Assembly: GCA_023645945.1 (NCBI GenBank)
Contig: JALAIB010000089.1
Location: 1-34,030 of the forward strand
Direction: 5' to 3'
DNA length: 34,030 nucleotides
Source of the DNA: Diploschistes diacapsis
Lineage: Eukaryota
Below are positions 33,798 to 34,030 of this stretch, in pieces. The notes beneath the pieces were generated by a model. The model did no database searches and had not been told where the DNA came from. It saw only the letters and a program-made list of their open reading frames with translations. The stretch's first letter is position 1. Each line of letters begins with the position of its first letter. The translations under genes and the position numbers were made by a program.

Positions 33798-34030
33798 TTA
33801 CTCTTCATCCTCGTTGGGATCATACAGATCCAGCCCCTCGAAAACCCTCGGCTTCTCCACTGCCGCCGCCGCCGCCGCCGCCGCCGGCTCCCGTGCAACC
33901 ACTTCTTCCCTCCTGGCAGCCTCCTTGCCCTCATTATCCTTATCCTTCCCCATCACAACTCCATCCATCCTGCCCTCCTGTCCTCCGTAGTTCCCGCTCT
34001 CCACACCCTCGCCTTCTGCCACCATTCCAG
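33798..34030 (-). CDS. Probable 3' end of a gene entering from the right edge (low-complexity acidic tail with poly-Ala)
   Basis: Open frame from the edge to a stop at 33798, ending ...AAAAAAAAVEKPRVFEGLDLYDPNEDEE. No family is identifiable. Confidence 0.5.
   Translation of the reverse strand, partial: GMVAEGEGVESGNYGGQEGRMDGVVMGKDKDNEGKEAARREEVVAREPAAAAAAAAVEKPRVFEGLDLYDPNEDEE
33861..33886. repeat. (GCC)n trinucleotide repeat encoding poly-Ala on the minus strand
   Basis: tgccgccgccgccgccgccgccgccg is visible directly. Confidence 0.85.

Overview
Eukaryotic DNA with spliceosomal introns (GT..AG, CTRAC branch sites) from a filamentous ascomycete. Both ends are compact housekeeping blocks. 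The left block has a partial membrane protein, a TFIIIC-90/delta subunit, an Msc2-type CDF zinc transporter and ALG1. The right block has an Mch-type MFS transporter, RAV1 and a reticulon. Between them (~9.9-24.5 kb) is a loosely packed, accessory-looking segment: a Zn2Cys6 regulator, an intronless SMI1/KNR4-like plus two-BRCT protein, and a candidate fungal RiPP locus. The RiPP locus has a secreted 232-aa precursor (signal peptide, splice-created KR site, then 42 tandem D-hydrophobic-x-x-R units with no Tyr or Trp). It is transcribed divergently from an intact six-exon DUF3328/UstYa-family oxidase with two HxxHC motifs, and a YCR023C-like MFS transporter follows. The monobasic, Tyr-free pentapeptide cores match no dikaritin I know. 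Gene models were spliced by hand and family calls come from motif recognition, not database searches.
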